A stretch of 64,000 bases of DNA. Origin: Mobula hypostoma. Lineage: Eukaryota. The stretch covers positions 13,764,001 through 13,828,000 of the forward strand of contig NC_086108.1 in the NCBI RefSeq assembly GCF_963921235.1, read 5' to 3'. The notes under the pieces are model-generated. The model had not been told where the DNA came from and did no database searches. It saw only the letters and a list, made by a program, of their open reading frames with translations. Made by a program: the position numbers and the translations under genes. Below are positions 38,476 to 50,880 of the stretch, in pieces; within the stretch, counting starts at the first letter, position 1; every line of letters starts with the position of its first letter.

Positions 38476-39510
38476 AGGTGTTGGGACCACTTCTTTTCAT
38501 GTTGTATGTCAATGATTTGGATGATGGAATTCTTGGGTTTGTGGCCAATTTTACAAATTATACAAAGAGATGTGGAGGAGCAGGTAGTATTGAAGAAGCA
38601 GGGAGCATGCAGAAATACTTAGACAGATTAGGAGATTGGGCAAAGAAATGGCAGATGGAATATAGTGTAGTGTATGGTCATTCACTTTAGTAGAAGGAAT
38701 AAAGGCATAGGCTATTTTCTAAATGGGGAGCAAATTCAGAAATCAGAGGTGCAAAGAGACTTGGGAGTCCTCGTACAGGATTCCCTAAAGGTTAACTTGC
38801 AGGTGGAGTCATGGTGAGGAAGGAAAATGCCACGTTAGCATTCATTTCAAGAGGATTTGAATACAAAAGCAAGGATGCAATGCTGATGCTTTATAAGGCA
38901 TTGATCAGACTGCACTTGGAGTATTGTGAACATTTTTGGATCCCTTATCCAGGAAAAGATGTGCTGCCATTGGAGAAGTTCACAAGAATGATTCCGGAAA
39001 TGAAAGGGTTAACACACGAGGCGTACAGTATTTGATGGCTCTGGGCCTGTACATGATGGTTAGAAGAATGAGAGGGGATCTCATTGAAACCTATCAAATA
39101 TCGAAATGCCTGGATAGAGTGGACGTAGAGAGGACGTTTCCTGTAGCAAATGAGTCAAGGACCAAGGGCACAGTCTCAGAACAGAAACACATTCCTTTAA
39201 AAGGGAGATGAGGAGGACAAACACGAGGAAATCTGCAGATGCTGGAATTTCCAGCAACTTTTATGTGTGTTGGTTGAGATGAGAAGGAATTTCTTTAGCT
39301 AGAGGATGGTGGATCTGTGATTGCCACAGAATGTTGTGGAAGCCAAGTTATTGAGTACGTTTAAAGCGGATGTTGAAAGGATTAGTAAGGGCGTCAAAGG
39401 TTATGGGGAGAAGGCAGGAGAATGGGATTGAGAGGGATTATAAATCAGCTATGATGGGTTGGTGGAGCAGGTTCGATGGGCCGAAAGTACCTATGTTTTA
39501 TGGACTTATG
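38476..39510 (+). mobile_element. CR1 3' part carrying a 58-bp Penelope-derived insert
   Basis: LGPLLF..YVNDLD, LHLEYC; insert 39218-39275. Confidence 0.8.
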
Positions 39511-40429
39511 GTCTGCAGGAGTGGAAAAGTGTACAAAAAAGTAGTGGCTACATCCCAGTCCATCACAGGCAACTTCCTTGCTATCATTGAAACACCTACC
39601 AGAGAGCTCCCAGAAGATAGCAGCATCCATCGACAATGATCCTCACTATCCGGGCCATGCTCTCTTCTGACTACTACCATTGGGCAAGAGGTACAAGAAC
39701 CTTAGGTCCCGCACAACCAGGTTCAGGAACAGTTATTGCCCTACAACCATTAGGCTCCTGAATCATCGTGGATAACTTCTCTCAACTCAACGCTGAACTG
39801 ACTCCAGTACCTACAGACTCACCTTCAAGACCCTACAACTGATGTCCTCAGTATATTTTTTTATTATTTTCACAATTTGTATTCTGTTGCACATTATTTG
39901 TCAGTCTTTGTTTACGCATAGATTTTCATACATTCAATTGTATTTCTTTTATTTTCCTGTAAATCTGCAAGAAAATGAATCCTATTATAGTATACGTGAT
40001 ATAAATATATGCACTTTGATAATTAATTTATTTTGACTGACTTTTTCTCCTTTGCTCTTTCCTTACTGGGAATTTCTTCTTGGAATTGTAGCCGATCCAA
40101 CATGGGCCTCACCTGAGCTTTCCATTCTCCACCCACCATCCAACAGGACGTGAATGAGGGAATTGTTAACTTGGCTTGGAAGTTGTCCACAGATTGACTG
40201 AATCTGTAGTATTTGATTGGAAACTTTTATTTACGTATCGAGATTCTCCCTGCAATGTTCTGGAGCTGAATTCCAAAGCACTGCAGTCACTCTCATAAAC
40301 TCTGTAAAAAAAAAATGCGGAATGTCTCCTGGGAATACTTTGTGGGTTAGGGTCAGGGCTCTCAGATTCTAAAGTTAGTACACACCAGCTAAATTTAGTG
40401 TATTATAGTCAAAAGTATGAGCTGCTTTC

Positions 40430-40765
40430 TTACTGGGGCGGGGTGTATAAAGTTATCTTAGAACACGCCACCAATTCAGTGTACAATCAGTGAAATAAAC
40501 AGGAAGCTTTAGTCAATGTGTGAGCTTTGACGTCACATGTGAAAGCTTTAAAGTTTCTGACCACAGGCAGTTTTTCAGTGAGGAGTACAGAGTAAGCTAA
40601 GAGACACAAGAGAGAGGGAGCAGGAGAGACTTGCCACAGACACAACTCTTTGACAGTGTTTGAGACTCCAGGGCAGACTGAGTGATGAGACTATAGCCCA
40701 AAGAGCAGATCGGGCCCTGAAAATGTCGTCAGGTTGCCTCGGGAGCTGAACAAGTGAGGTGAGTG
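40430..40765 (+). promoter_or_regulatory. Candidate promoter and non-coding first exon (possibly of the KIAA0040 homolog)
   Basis: Non-repeat sequence with GC box 40435-40443, TATAAA 40446-40451, AATAAACAGGAAG (FOX/ETS-like), TGACGTCA 40528-40535 overlapping CACATGTG, and donor GAG|GTGAGT at 40759. Confidence 0.4.
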
Positions 40766-41127
40766 TCAGTTTAAACAGCACAGCACTGGTGCTAAGGCTA
40801 AGTTTCGTTACAAGTTCAGACTGGGCCTGCCAGGTAGATCTAGACTTGATCCAGTAAGGGTGTGGTGAATGACGGAACAAGCTGGCTGCATCACAGTCTC
40901 TGTGGCTCCAGTCTGTCAAGGACTTATTTAAGGCATTCGCATAATATTTTAACTTACTGTGCGTGGGAGATACCCTTATGTGGTGCTGACTGACCCAGGT
41001 ACCTCAGTGCCAGGTCCTGCACACGTGGTAAAAGAGGAATGATTTAACTAGTTTAAACAGCACAGGCTGAGTGTGTTTCTCTGTCAGCCTGTCTCTGTGT
41101 ACCTTAAATACTTCAGTCCTGTTTGGC

Positions 41128-41335
41128 AACACTTGTAAAATACTGCAGGAACTCAGCAGGCCAGGCAGCATCAATGGAAGAGAGTAACCAGTCGACGTTT
41201 TGGGCTGAAACTCTCCGTGAAGAACTGTCTCGGCCCGAAACGTCGACTGTACACTTTTCCATAGAAGCTGCCTGAGTTCCTCCAGCATTTTGTGTGTGTC
41301 GCTTGGATTTCCAGCATCTGCTGATTTTATCTTGT
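41128..41335. mobile_element. Head-to-head inverted pair of Penelope pLTR fragments
   Basis: CAGTCGACGTTTTGGGCTGA... / ...TCGGCCCGAAACGTCGACTG with flanking pLTR tails pointing outward. Confidence 0.75.
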
Positions 41336-42304
41336 TCAGTCCTGTTTGGATATGTGTGTGTGTGTATTTAAGACCAAGACCCAGTGATTAAGAGGAACAA
41401 ACCACTCTAGTCCAGTTCTCTGCTGCTTAAACGAGATAAAACTTTCCTCTTTTACCACGTGTAGAATTGTGGTTGGAGTGGATATCTGAGATCTTGCCCA
41501 TGACTGCTCCATTCCGTTCTTCTCTGTTCATTTCTAGCTCTGGCCATCACTGGAAAGGCCCCTCTCTGCTCTTTAGAGGTGATGAGCTGACGCCTTACAC
41601 CGCTGCCATCCTGTGTGGTTTAAGTGTGAAAGAGGGGTGAATAGGAAGAGCATCAGCCCTTCTCACAAATTCGCCATTAGACATGTATCACAGGGCTGTG
41701 CCAGTATATATAGGCCATCCTTGATTGCTCTGAACTGAGGCTGATCACTCAGAGACAGCCATACCTGCCCAAGGCCCTGTGTCTTACAGTTATTAACCAC
41801 TGATTTATCAGCTCAGTAGCCGTTGATTTGTTGGACAGACTTGTGTAGAAAAAACGCATCCAGCTTCTTAAAGTCATAGCCGTAGAATAGTACAGCGCAA
41901 AAACAGGCCCTTCAGCCCATCTAGTCCTTGATGAACTGCGTATTATACTGCTTAGTCCCTCCGTGTCCCTCCTATCTGTGTACTTATCTAAATTTCACTT
42001 AAATGCTGAAATCAAATCTGCATCCACCACTTCTGCTGGGAGCTCTTTCCACACTCTCATCAATCTGAATGAAGAAGTTCCCACTCATGTTCTCCTTAAA
42101 CAGTTGTAGTCTCACATAAAGTCAGTGGAAAAAACTTGCTTGCATTTAACCAATCTATACACCTCATAATTTTGTCTTGCCTCAGAATCAGGTTTAATAT
42201 CACTGGCACATGTTGTGAAATTTGTTGTTTTGTGGTAGCAGTACACTGTAATACCTAATAATAATAGTAATAATAATAACAACTATAAATTACATTAAGA
42301 ATTT

Positions 42305-44150
42305 TATCCCCCCTCGTTCAATCCCTTCCTACCTATGTTCGTGACACTTCTCATGCTCTTAAACTTTTCGATGATTTTAAGTTCCCTGGCCCCCACCGCT
42401 TTATTTTCACCATGGATGTCCAGTCCCTATATACTTCCATCCCCCATCAGGAAGGTCTCAAAGCTCTCCGCTTCTTTTTGGATTCCAGACCTAATCAGTT
42501 CCCCTCTACCACCACGCTGCTCCATCAAGCGGAATTAGTCCTTACTCTTAATAATTTCTCCTTTGGCTCCTCCCACTTCCTCCAAACTAAAGGTGTAGCT
42601 ATGGGCACCCGTATGGGTCCTAGCTATGCCTGCCTTTTTGTTGGCTTTGTGGAACAATCTATGTTCCGTGCCTATTCTGGTATCTGTCCCCCACTTGTCC
42701 TTCGCTACATCGACGACTGCATTGGCGCTGCTTCCTGCACGCACGCTGAGCTCGTTGACTTTATTAATTTTGCCTCCAACTTTCACCCTGCCCTCAAGTT
42801 TACCTGGTCCATTTCTGACACCTCCCTCCCTTCCTAGTTCTTTCTGTCTCTGTCTCTGGAGACAGCTTATCCACTGATGTCTACTATAAGCCTACTGACT
42901 CTCACAGCTATCTGGACTATCCCTCTTCTCACCCTGTTTCTTGCAAAAATGCCATCCCCTTCTCGCAATTCCTCTGTCTCCGCCACATCTGCTCTCAGGA
43001 TGAAGCTTTTCATTCCAGGACACGGAAGATGTCCTCCTTTTTTAAAGAAAGGGGCTTCCCTTCCTCCACTATCAACTCTGCTCTCAAACGCATTTCTCCC
43101 ATTTCACGCACATCTGCTCTCACCCCACTAGGAATAGGGTTCCCCTTGTCCTCACCTACTACCCCACCAGCCTCTGGGTCCAACATATAATTCTCCGTAA
43201 CTTCCGCCACCTCCAATGGGATCCCACCACTAAGCACATCTTTCCCTCCCCACCTCTCTCTGCTTTCTGTAGGGATCGCTCCCTACGCAACTCCCCTGTG
43301 CATTTGTCCCCCCCCATCCCTCCCCACTGATCTCCCTCCTGGCACTTATCCTTGTAAGCGGAACAAGTGCTACACATGCCCTTACACTTCCTCCCTTACC
43401 ACCATTCAGGGCCCCAGACAGTCCTTCCAGGTGAGGTGACACTTCACCTGTGAGTCGGCTGGGGTGATATACTGCGTCCGGTGCTCCTGATGTGGCCTTT
43501 TATATGTTGGCGAGACCCGATGCAGACTGGGAGACCGTTTTGCTGAACACCTATGCTCTGTCTGTCAGAGAAAGCAGGATCTCCCAGTGGCCACACATTT
43601 TAATTCCACATCCCATTCCCATTCTGACATGTCTATCCACGGCCTCCTCTACTGTAAAGATGAAGCCACACTCAGGTTGGAGGAACAACACCTTATATTC
43701 TGTCTGGGTAGCCTCCAACCTGATGGCATGAACATCGACTTCTCTAACTTCCGCTAATGCTCCATCTCCCCCCGTACCCCATCCGTTATTTATTTTTATA
43801 CGCACATTCTTTCTCTCACTCTCCTTTTTCTCCCTCTGTCCCTCTCACTATACTCCTTGCCCATCCTCTGGGTTCCTCCCCCCCTTTGTCTTTCTCCCTC
43901 TGCTTCCTGTCCCATGATCCTCTCAGATCCCCTTTGCCAATCACCTGTCCAGCTCTTGGCTCCATTCCTCCCCCTCCTGTCTTCTCCTGTCATTTTGGAT
44001 CTCCCCCTCCCCCTCCAACTTTCAAATCTCTTACTAACTCTTCCTTCAGTTAGTCCTGACGAAGGGTCTCGGTCTGAAACGTCGACTGTACCTCTTCCTA
44101 GAGATGCTGCCTGGCCTGCTGCGTTCACCAGCAACTTTGAGGTGTGTTGC
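42305..44150 (+). mobile_element. Penelope-like element (RT + GIY-YIG), 5'-truncated, with 3' pLTR
   Basis: MDVQSLYTSI, GVAMGT, LRYIDD; GIY-YIG ending NIDFSNFR* at about 43757; same family as 21560-23345. Confidence 0.92.
44052..44087 (+). ncRNA. Minimal type I hammerhead ribozyme of the Penelope pLTR
   Basis: AGUC-CUGACGA-AGGGUCUCGGUCU-GAAAC-GUC(cut)-GACU; stem I AGUC/GACU, short palindromic stem III. Confidence 0.75.
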
Positions 44151-44157
44151 AAGAATA

Positions 44158-45325
44158 TAAGTCGTCACTTTTTATTGTCATTTCGACCATAGGCTGCTGG
44201 TACAGTACACAGTAAAAATGATACAACGTTCCTCCAGGACCATGGTGCTACAGGAAACAACACAAAACTACACTAGACTACAGACCTACACAGGACTACA
44301 TAAAGTGCAAAAAACAGTGCAGGGCAGTACAATAAATAATAAACAAGACAATAGGCCCAGTAGAGGACAAATTACAATATAATAATAAATGATGTAGATG
44401 TCAGTCTAGACTCTGGGTATTGAGGAGTCTGATGGCTTAGGGCAAAAAACTGTTGCACAGTCTGGTCGTGAGAGCCCGAATGCTTCGGTGCTTTTTGGCA
44501 GATGACAGGAGGGAGAAGAGTTTGTATGAGGGGTGTGTGGGGTCCCTCATAATGCTGTTTGCTTTGTGGATGCAGCGTGTGGTATAAATGTCCGTAGTAC
44601 TGTAGCGGGAAGAGAAACCCCGATGATCTTCTCAGCTGACCTCACTATCTGCTGCAGGGTCTTGCGATCCAAGACGGTGCAATTCCTGAACCAGGCAGTG
44701 ATGTAGCTGCTCAGGATGCTCTCAATACAACCTCTGTAGAATGTGGTGAGGATGGGTGGGTGGGAGATGGACTTTTCTCAGCCTTCGCGGAAAGTATAGA
44801 CACTGCTGGGCTTTCTTGGCTATGGAGCTGGTGTTGAGGGACCAGGTGAGATTCTCCGCCAGGTGAACACCAAGAAATTTGGTGCTCTTAACGATCTCAA
44901 TGGAGGAGTCATCGATGTTCAGCGGAGAGTGGTCGCTCCGTGTCCTCCTGAAGTCAACAACCATCTCTTTGGTTTGTTTACATTCAGAGACAGATTGTTG
45001 GCTGTGCACCAGTCCGTTAGCCGCTACACCTCCTCTCTGTATGCTGACTCGTCCTTGCTGATGAGACCCACCACGGTCGTGTCATCGGCGAACTTGATGA
45101 TGTGGTTCGAGCTGTGTGTTGCAGCACAGTCGTGGGTCAGCAGAGTGAACAACAGTGGACTGAGCACACAGCCCTGGGGGGCCCCTGTGCTCAGTGTGAT
45201 GGTGTTGGAGATGCTGCTTCCGATCCAGACTGACTGAGGTCTCCCAGTCAGGAAGTCTAGGATCCAGCTGCAGAGGGAGATGTTCAGGCGCAGTAGGCTC
45301 AGCTTTCCAATCAGTTTCTGAGGAA
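44158..45325 (-). mobile_element. Rex1-like LINE 3' part
   Basis: [17 protein letters not shown] on -; KEMVVDFRR, KKAQQ. Confidence 0.85.
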
Positions 45326-45771
45326 TGATTGTGTGATTGTGAATGACTGAATAAATTAAAGAAGTAGTACAAAAAGGACAAAAAATGGATTCATTCTTTC
45401 AATGTCCATTCAGAAATCTGATGGCAGAGGGGAAGAAGCTGTTCCTGAAATGTTGTGTGTGTGCCTCCTTATAGACGGAAGCAATGAGAAGAGAGCGTGA
45501 TCTGGGTTTTGGGGCTGCCGCCTTTTTGAGGCATCACATTCAGAAGGGGTCCTCAATGCTACAGGACACCTACAGCAGAGATGTACCTCCATCAAATCTC
45601 CCCTTATTCTCATACGCTCCAGGGAATAAAGTCTTAACCTATTGAACCTTTCCCTATAAATCAGGTCCTGGCAGCATTCTTGTGAATTTTCTCAGAACTC
45701 TTCCATGCTTCTGATCATGATCTGTTCACAAACACGCATAGGCAGGTGACCAGCACACCAACATCTTATAC

Positions 45772-48414
45772 AAATTTTTTTTTATTTATTCATTTACGGG
45801 ATGTGGGCATCGCCAGCTCAGCCAGCATTTATTGCCCATCCCTAGTTGCCCTTGAGAAGGTGGTGATGAGCTGCCTTCTCGAACCGCTGCAGTCCCTGAG
45901 GCGTCGGTACACCCACAGCGCTGTTAGGGAGGGAGTTCCATGATATTGACCCCACAACAATGAAGGAAAAGCAATATGTTTCCATGTCAGGATGGTGGTT
46001 GACTTGGAGGGGATTTCCAAGTGGTGGTGTATCCAGGTATCTGCTGTTCTCGTCCTTCTAGATGATAGTGGTCATGGGTCTGGAAGGTGCTTCCTTAGGA
46101 ACTTTGGTGTGTTGTTGCAGTGCGTCTCGTAGATAGTACACACTGCTGCAACTGTTCATCGATGGTGGAGGGATTGGATGCTTGTGGAAGGGGTACCAAG
46201 CAAGTGGGCTGCCTTGTACTGGGTGGTGTCAAACTTCTTGAGTGCTGATGGAGCTGCCCTCATCCAGGCGAGTGGTGAGTATTCTATTACACTCCTGACC
46301 TGAGCCTTGTAGATGACGGACAGGCTTTGGGGAGTCAGGAGGTGAGTTACATGCCTCAGGATTCCTAGCCTTTGACCTGCTCTGGTAGCCATGGTGTTTA
46401 TATGGCTAGACCAGTTCCGTTTCCTGTCAATGGTAACTCCCAGGATGTTGAAAGTAGGGGATTCATTGATGGTGATGACACTGAATGTCAATGGATGATG
46501 GTTAGAGCCTCTCATTGGAGATAGTCATTGCCTGGCACTTGCATGGCTCGAATGTTATTTGCCACTTGTCACCCCAAGCCTGCATATTGTCCAGGTCTTG
46601 CTGCATTTGGGTATGAACTGTTTCACTATCTGAGGAGTCATGAATGGTGCAGAACATTGTGCAGTCATCTGCGAACATCCCCACTTCTGACCTTATGACA
46701 GAAGGAAGGTCAGTGATGAAGTAGTTGAAGATGGTTGGTCCTAGGACACTTCCCTGAGGAACTCCTGCAGTGATGTCCTGAGGATGAGACGATTGACCTC
46801 TAACCATCTACCTTTGTGTCAGGTATGATTCCAACCAGCGGAGGGGGCTGAGCTGAATCATCTACTAGGCACTCCCGACTGAAGATTGTTGCAAATGCCT
46901 CAGCCTTATCTTTTGCACAGGTGTGCTGGGCTCCTCTATCATTTGGGATGGAGATATTTGAGGCGCTGGATGTGCAGGACTACAGAGTTTAGGTCTGATC
47001 CGTTGGTTGTGGGACCACTTAGCTGTGTCTATTACTTGCTGCTTATGGTGTTTGGCATGCAAGTAGTCCTTCCTGTATTGTGTCTTCACCAGGGTGATGC
47101 TTCATATTGAGGTATGCCTGGTGTTGTTCTCAGCATGCCCTCCTGCACTCTTCATTGAACCAGGGTTGATCCCCTGGCCTAGTGGTAATGTTAGAGCAGG
47201 AGATGTGCCGGGCTATGAGGTTACAGATTGTAGTTAAGTACAATTCTGCTGCTGCTGATGGCCCACAGCGCCTTATAGATACCCCAGTCTTGGGCTGCTG
47301 GATCTGTTCGAAGTCTATCCCATTTAGCACTGTGGTAGTGCCACACAACGTGGTGGAGGGTTTCTTCAGTGTGGAGTCAGGATTTAGTCTCCACAAATAC
47401 TGTGCGGTGATCACTTCTACCAATGCTCTCATGGACAGATGCTTCCATGGCAGGCAGGTTGGTGAGAATGAGGTCAAGTGTGTTTTCCCCTCTTGTTGGT
47501 TCCCTCACCATCTGCTGTAGTCCCAGTCTAGTAGCTATGTCTAGTAGGACCCGACCAGCTCAGTCTGCGGTGGTACTGCCAAGCCACTCATGGTGATGGA
47601 TATTGAAGTACATTCTGTGCCCTTGCCACCCTCAATGCCTCCTCCAAGTGCTGCTCAACATGGAGAAATACTGATCCGTCAGCTGAGGAAGGATGGGGCG
47701 TAGTAATCTGCAGGAGGTTCCCTTGCCCATGTGTAACCTGGTGCCATGAGACTTCATGGGGTCCAGAGTCGACATTGAGAGTTGCCAGAGCAACTCCCTC
47801 TCTACTGTATACCACAGCGCCACCATCTCTACTAGGTCTGTCCTGCCAGAGAGACAGTACATACTCAGGAATGGTGATGGTGGAGTCCGGAATGGTAACT
47901 GCAAGGTATGATTCTGTCAGTACAACCATGTCAGGCTGTTGTTTGACTAGTCTGTGAGACAGCTCTCCCAACTTTGGCACAAGTCCCCAGATGTTAGTAA
48001 GGAGGACTTTGCAGGGTCGACAGGGCTGGTTTAGCCTTTATCATTTCCAGTGCCTAGGACGATCCTGGGTTGTCTGTCCAGGTTCATTCCTTATTATTTT
48101 CTCTTTAGCAGTTGGATACAACTGAATGCCTTGCTAAGCCATTTCAGAGGGCATTTAAGAGTCAACCACATTGCTGTGGGTCTGGAGTCACATATAGGCC
48201 AGACCAGATAAGGACAGCAGGAATCCTCCCCAAAGGACTTCAGTGAACCAGATGGGTTTTTAAAACAACCGACATGGTTTCATGGTCATCAGATATTTTT
48301 ATTGAATTCAAAGTCACCATCTGCCATGGTGGGATTCGAACTCATATCCCCAGCGTATAACTGGGTCCTTGGATTACTCATCCAGTGGTAATTGTCACTA
48401 TACCAAATCTCCCC
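45772..48414 (-). mobile_element. CR1/L2-group single-ORF LINE (APE + RT, internally deleted) starting with a tRNA-derived head
   Basis: APE (NIWGL.PKLGEL...VLTESYL), RT (GVPQGSVLGP, MFADD), poly(A) tail; A/B boxes at 48330-48410; whole unit sits inside one CR1. Confidence 0.75.
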
Positions 48415-48545
48415 GTCGACATAACATCCCATCTCCAGTACTCAGTACCTTTATTTATGAAGGCCAATGTGCCTAAAGCTCTCTTTACCACCCTCTCTAC
48501 CAGTGACACCACTTTCAAGGAATTATGTATCTGTACTCCCAGATC

Positions 48546-48856
48546 CAGGATGGCGGGGTGGAGATACTTCTCTACCAAAGGAGGTGTAAGGTGCTTCTTC
48601 CTTCCACTAGCCTGGAGATCACGCTTGGGCAAGGCTTAGCACCTGCTTAGTCCCCTCACCCCCGATCAGGGTCACGTGAAGCCATGGGAGCAGGTGGTGG
48701 ATGGTCGTATGAGCAGCAGCTGCACATCACAAGTCCTGGGTATGCAACCACTGACGCCAGGTAGACAATCTCTGAAGAGTATTGATAATGGCTGGGGCCA
48801 CCCATCATGTAAAGACACTGCCCAGAAGAAGGCAATGGCAAACCACCTCTATAGAA
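48546..48856 (+). mobile_element. RTE-related non-autonomous retroposon fragment
   Basis: AGAAGGCAATGGCAAACCAC motif resembling RTE/BovB-related repeats. Confidence 0.45.
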
Positions 48857-49295
48857 AGGAGAGTCAGTGGATGTTGTTTATTTCGATTTGCAGAAGGCCT
48901 TTGACAAGTTACCACACATGGTCTTGTGGTGTAAACGTACTTTCAGCTTTGAACTTTGATGAATCTGTGCAGAATTCCATTCAAGACTAAGTACTTCCAA
49001 AGATTCAATGCCTGGAACTCTGCATCTCCATGTACACATCTGGATCAGAACCTCCTGGCCCTCAATGTAGATTTGAGGAGCCTTTCTCATGACCTTTCCA
49101 ACTGTTGCTCTTTTTTGAATGTGTGTGTCCATGCGTCTCTGATTTGTCCATGGACTCCTTACGTTGCAGTTGCACAAGATTTTGGTGAGGGCCATTGTAA
49201 AATACTTTGGTGAGGTTGCACTCAGCATATTTTGCACTATTCAGGTTATTGGAAAATATTATTAAGCTGGAAAAATACAAAGAAGATTTATGAGA

Positions 49296-50645
49296 CTTTT
49301 GTTGGGACTCAAAGGAGTCTGGGCAGGTTGGGACTTTATTCCAAGGAAGGCGACGGGCCCAGATGGTGTCCCAGGAGGGGTTCTCCGGGCCTGTGCAAGC
49401 AAGCTAGCTGGAGTATTGCTGACATCTTCAACTGCTCCTTGCTTCAGTCTAAGATCCCCTCGTGTTTTAGGAAGGCAACGATAATCCCAGTGCTGAACAA
49501 TAGCAAGGTGGCTGTGGCTCTGACGTCAATTGCTATGAAGTGCTTCGAGAGATTGGTTATGGCACACATCAACCACAGCCTACCGGTCAACCTCGATGCT
49601 TTGCAATTCGCCTACCGGAGCAACAGGTCAATGGCAGATGCCATCTCTCTGGCCCTACATTCCTCCTTAGAAGACCTGGAGAATAAAGACGCATATGTAA
49701 GGATCCTTTTCATTGACTACAGCTCTGCCTTTAATACCATCATTCCAAATAAACTGATTCCTAAGCTCCGGAACCTGGGCCTTAGCACTCAGATCTGCAG
49801 CTGGATCTTCAACTTCCTCACAGACAGGACCCAAGCTGTAAAAATAGGGGACAAGCTCTCCTCTACAATCACTCTGAGCACCGGTGCCCCACAAGGCTGT
49901 GTACTCAGCCCTCTGCTGTACTCACTGTACACCCATGATTGTGTAGCCAAGTTTCCATCAAACTCAATATATAAGTTTACTGATGACATAACAATTGTAG
50001 GCCATATCTCAGATAATGATGAGTTTAAGTACAGAGAGGAAATTAAGAACCTGGTGGCATGGTGCGAAGACAATAACCTATCCCTCAACGTAAGCAAGAG
50101 AAGGAATTGGTTGTTGACTTCAGAAGGAGTAGCGGACCGCACGACCCAATTTACAGCGGTGGTGCGCAAGTGGAACAGGTCAAAAGCTTTAAGTTCATCG
50201 GGGTCAATATCACAAATGACCTGACTTGTTCCAACCAAGCAGAGTTCATTGCCAAGAAGGCCCACCAGCGCCTTTACTTCCTGAGAAAACTAAAGAAATT
50301 TGGCCTGTCCCCTAAAACCCTCACTAAGTTTTATAGATGCACCATAGAAAGCATTCTTCTAGGGTGCATCACAACCTGGTATGGAACCTGACCCTGATCT
50401 GGGCCGTACCTCCCAAATATCCAGACCTGCCTCTGGGTTTTTTTGCACTACCTTACTTTCCATTTTTCTATTTTCTATTTATGATTTATAATTTAAATGT
50501 TTAATATTTACTAATTTTTACTATTTTTAATATTTAATATTTGTAATCCAGGGAGTGGGAAGCGCAGAATCAAATATCGCTGTGATGATTGTATGTTCTA
50601 GTACCAATTGTTTGGCGATAATAAAGTATAAAGTAAAGTAAAGTA
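49296..50645 (+). mobile_element. Rex1-like LINE RT with (AAAGT)n tail
   Basis: [35 protein letters not shown]. Confidence 0.9.
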
Positions 50646-50880
50646 TGTGGCCATAGTGGTTAGTGTAACACTGTAACAGCAGCAGTGACCTGGGTTCAAA
50701 TCTGCCGCTGTCTTTCAGGAGTTTGTATGTTCTCCCCATGACTACATGAGTTTTCCCGGGGTGCTCAGCTTCTTCCCACATTAAGACAGCTGGGTTAGTA
50801 GATTAATTGGTCACATGAGTGTAATTGGGCATCGTGGGCTCGTTGGGCCGGAAGGTGTGCTGTATCTTTAAATAAAAATA
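50645..50880 (+). mobile_element. V-SINE-like tRNA-derived SINE
   Basis: TAGTGGTTAG A-box region, GGTTCAAATC B-box, V-like domain, AATAAA tail. Confidence 0.7.
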
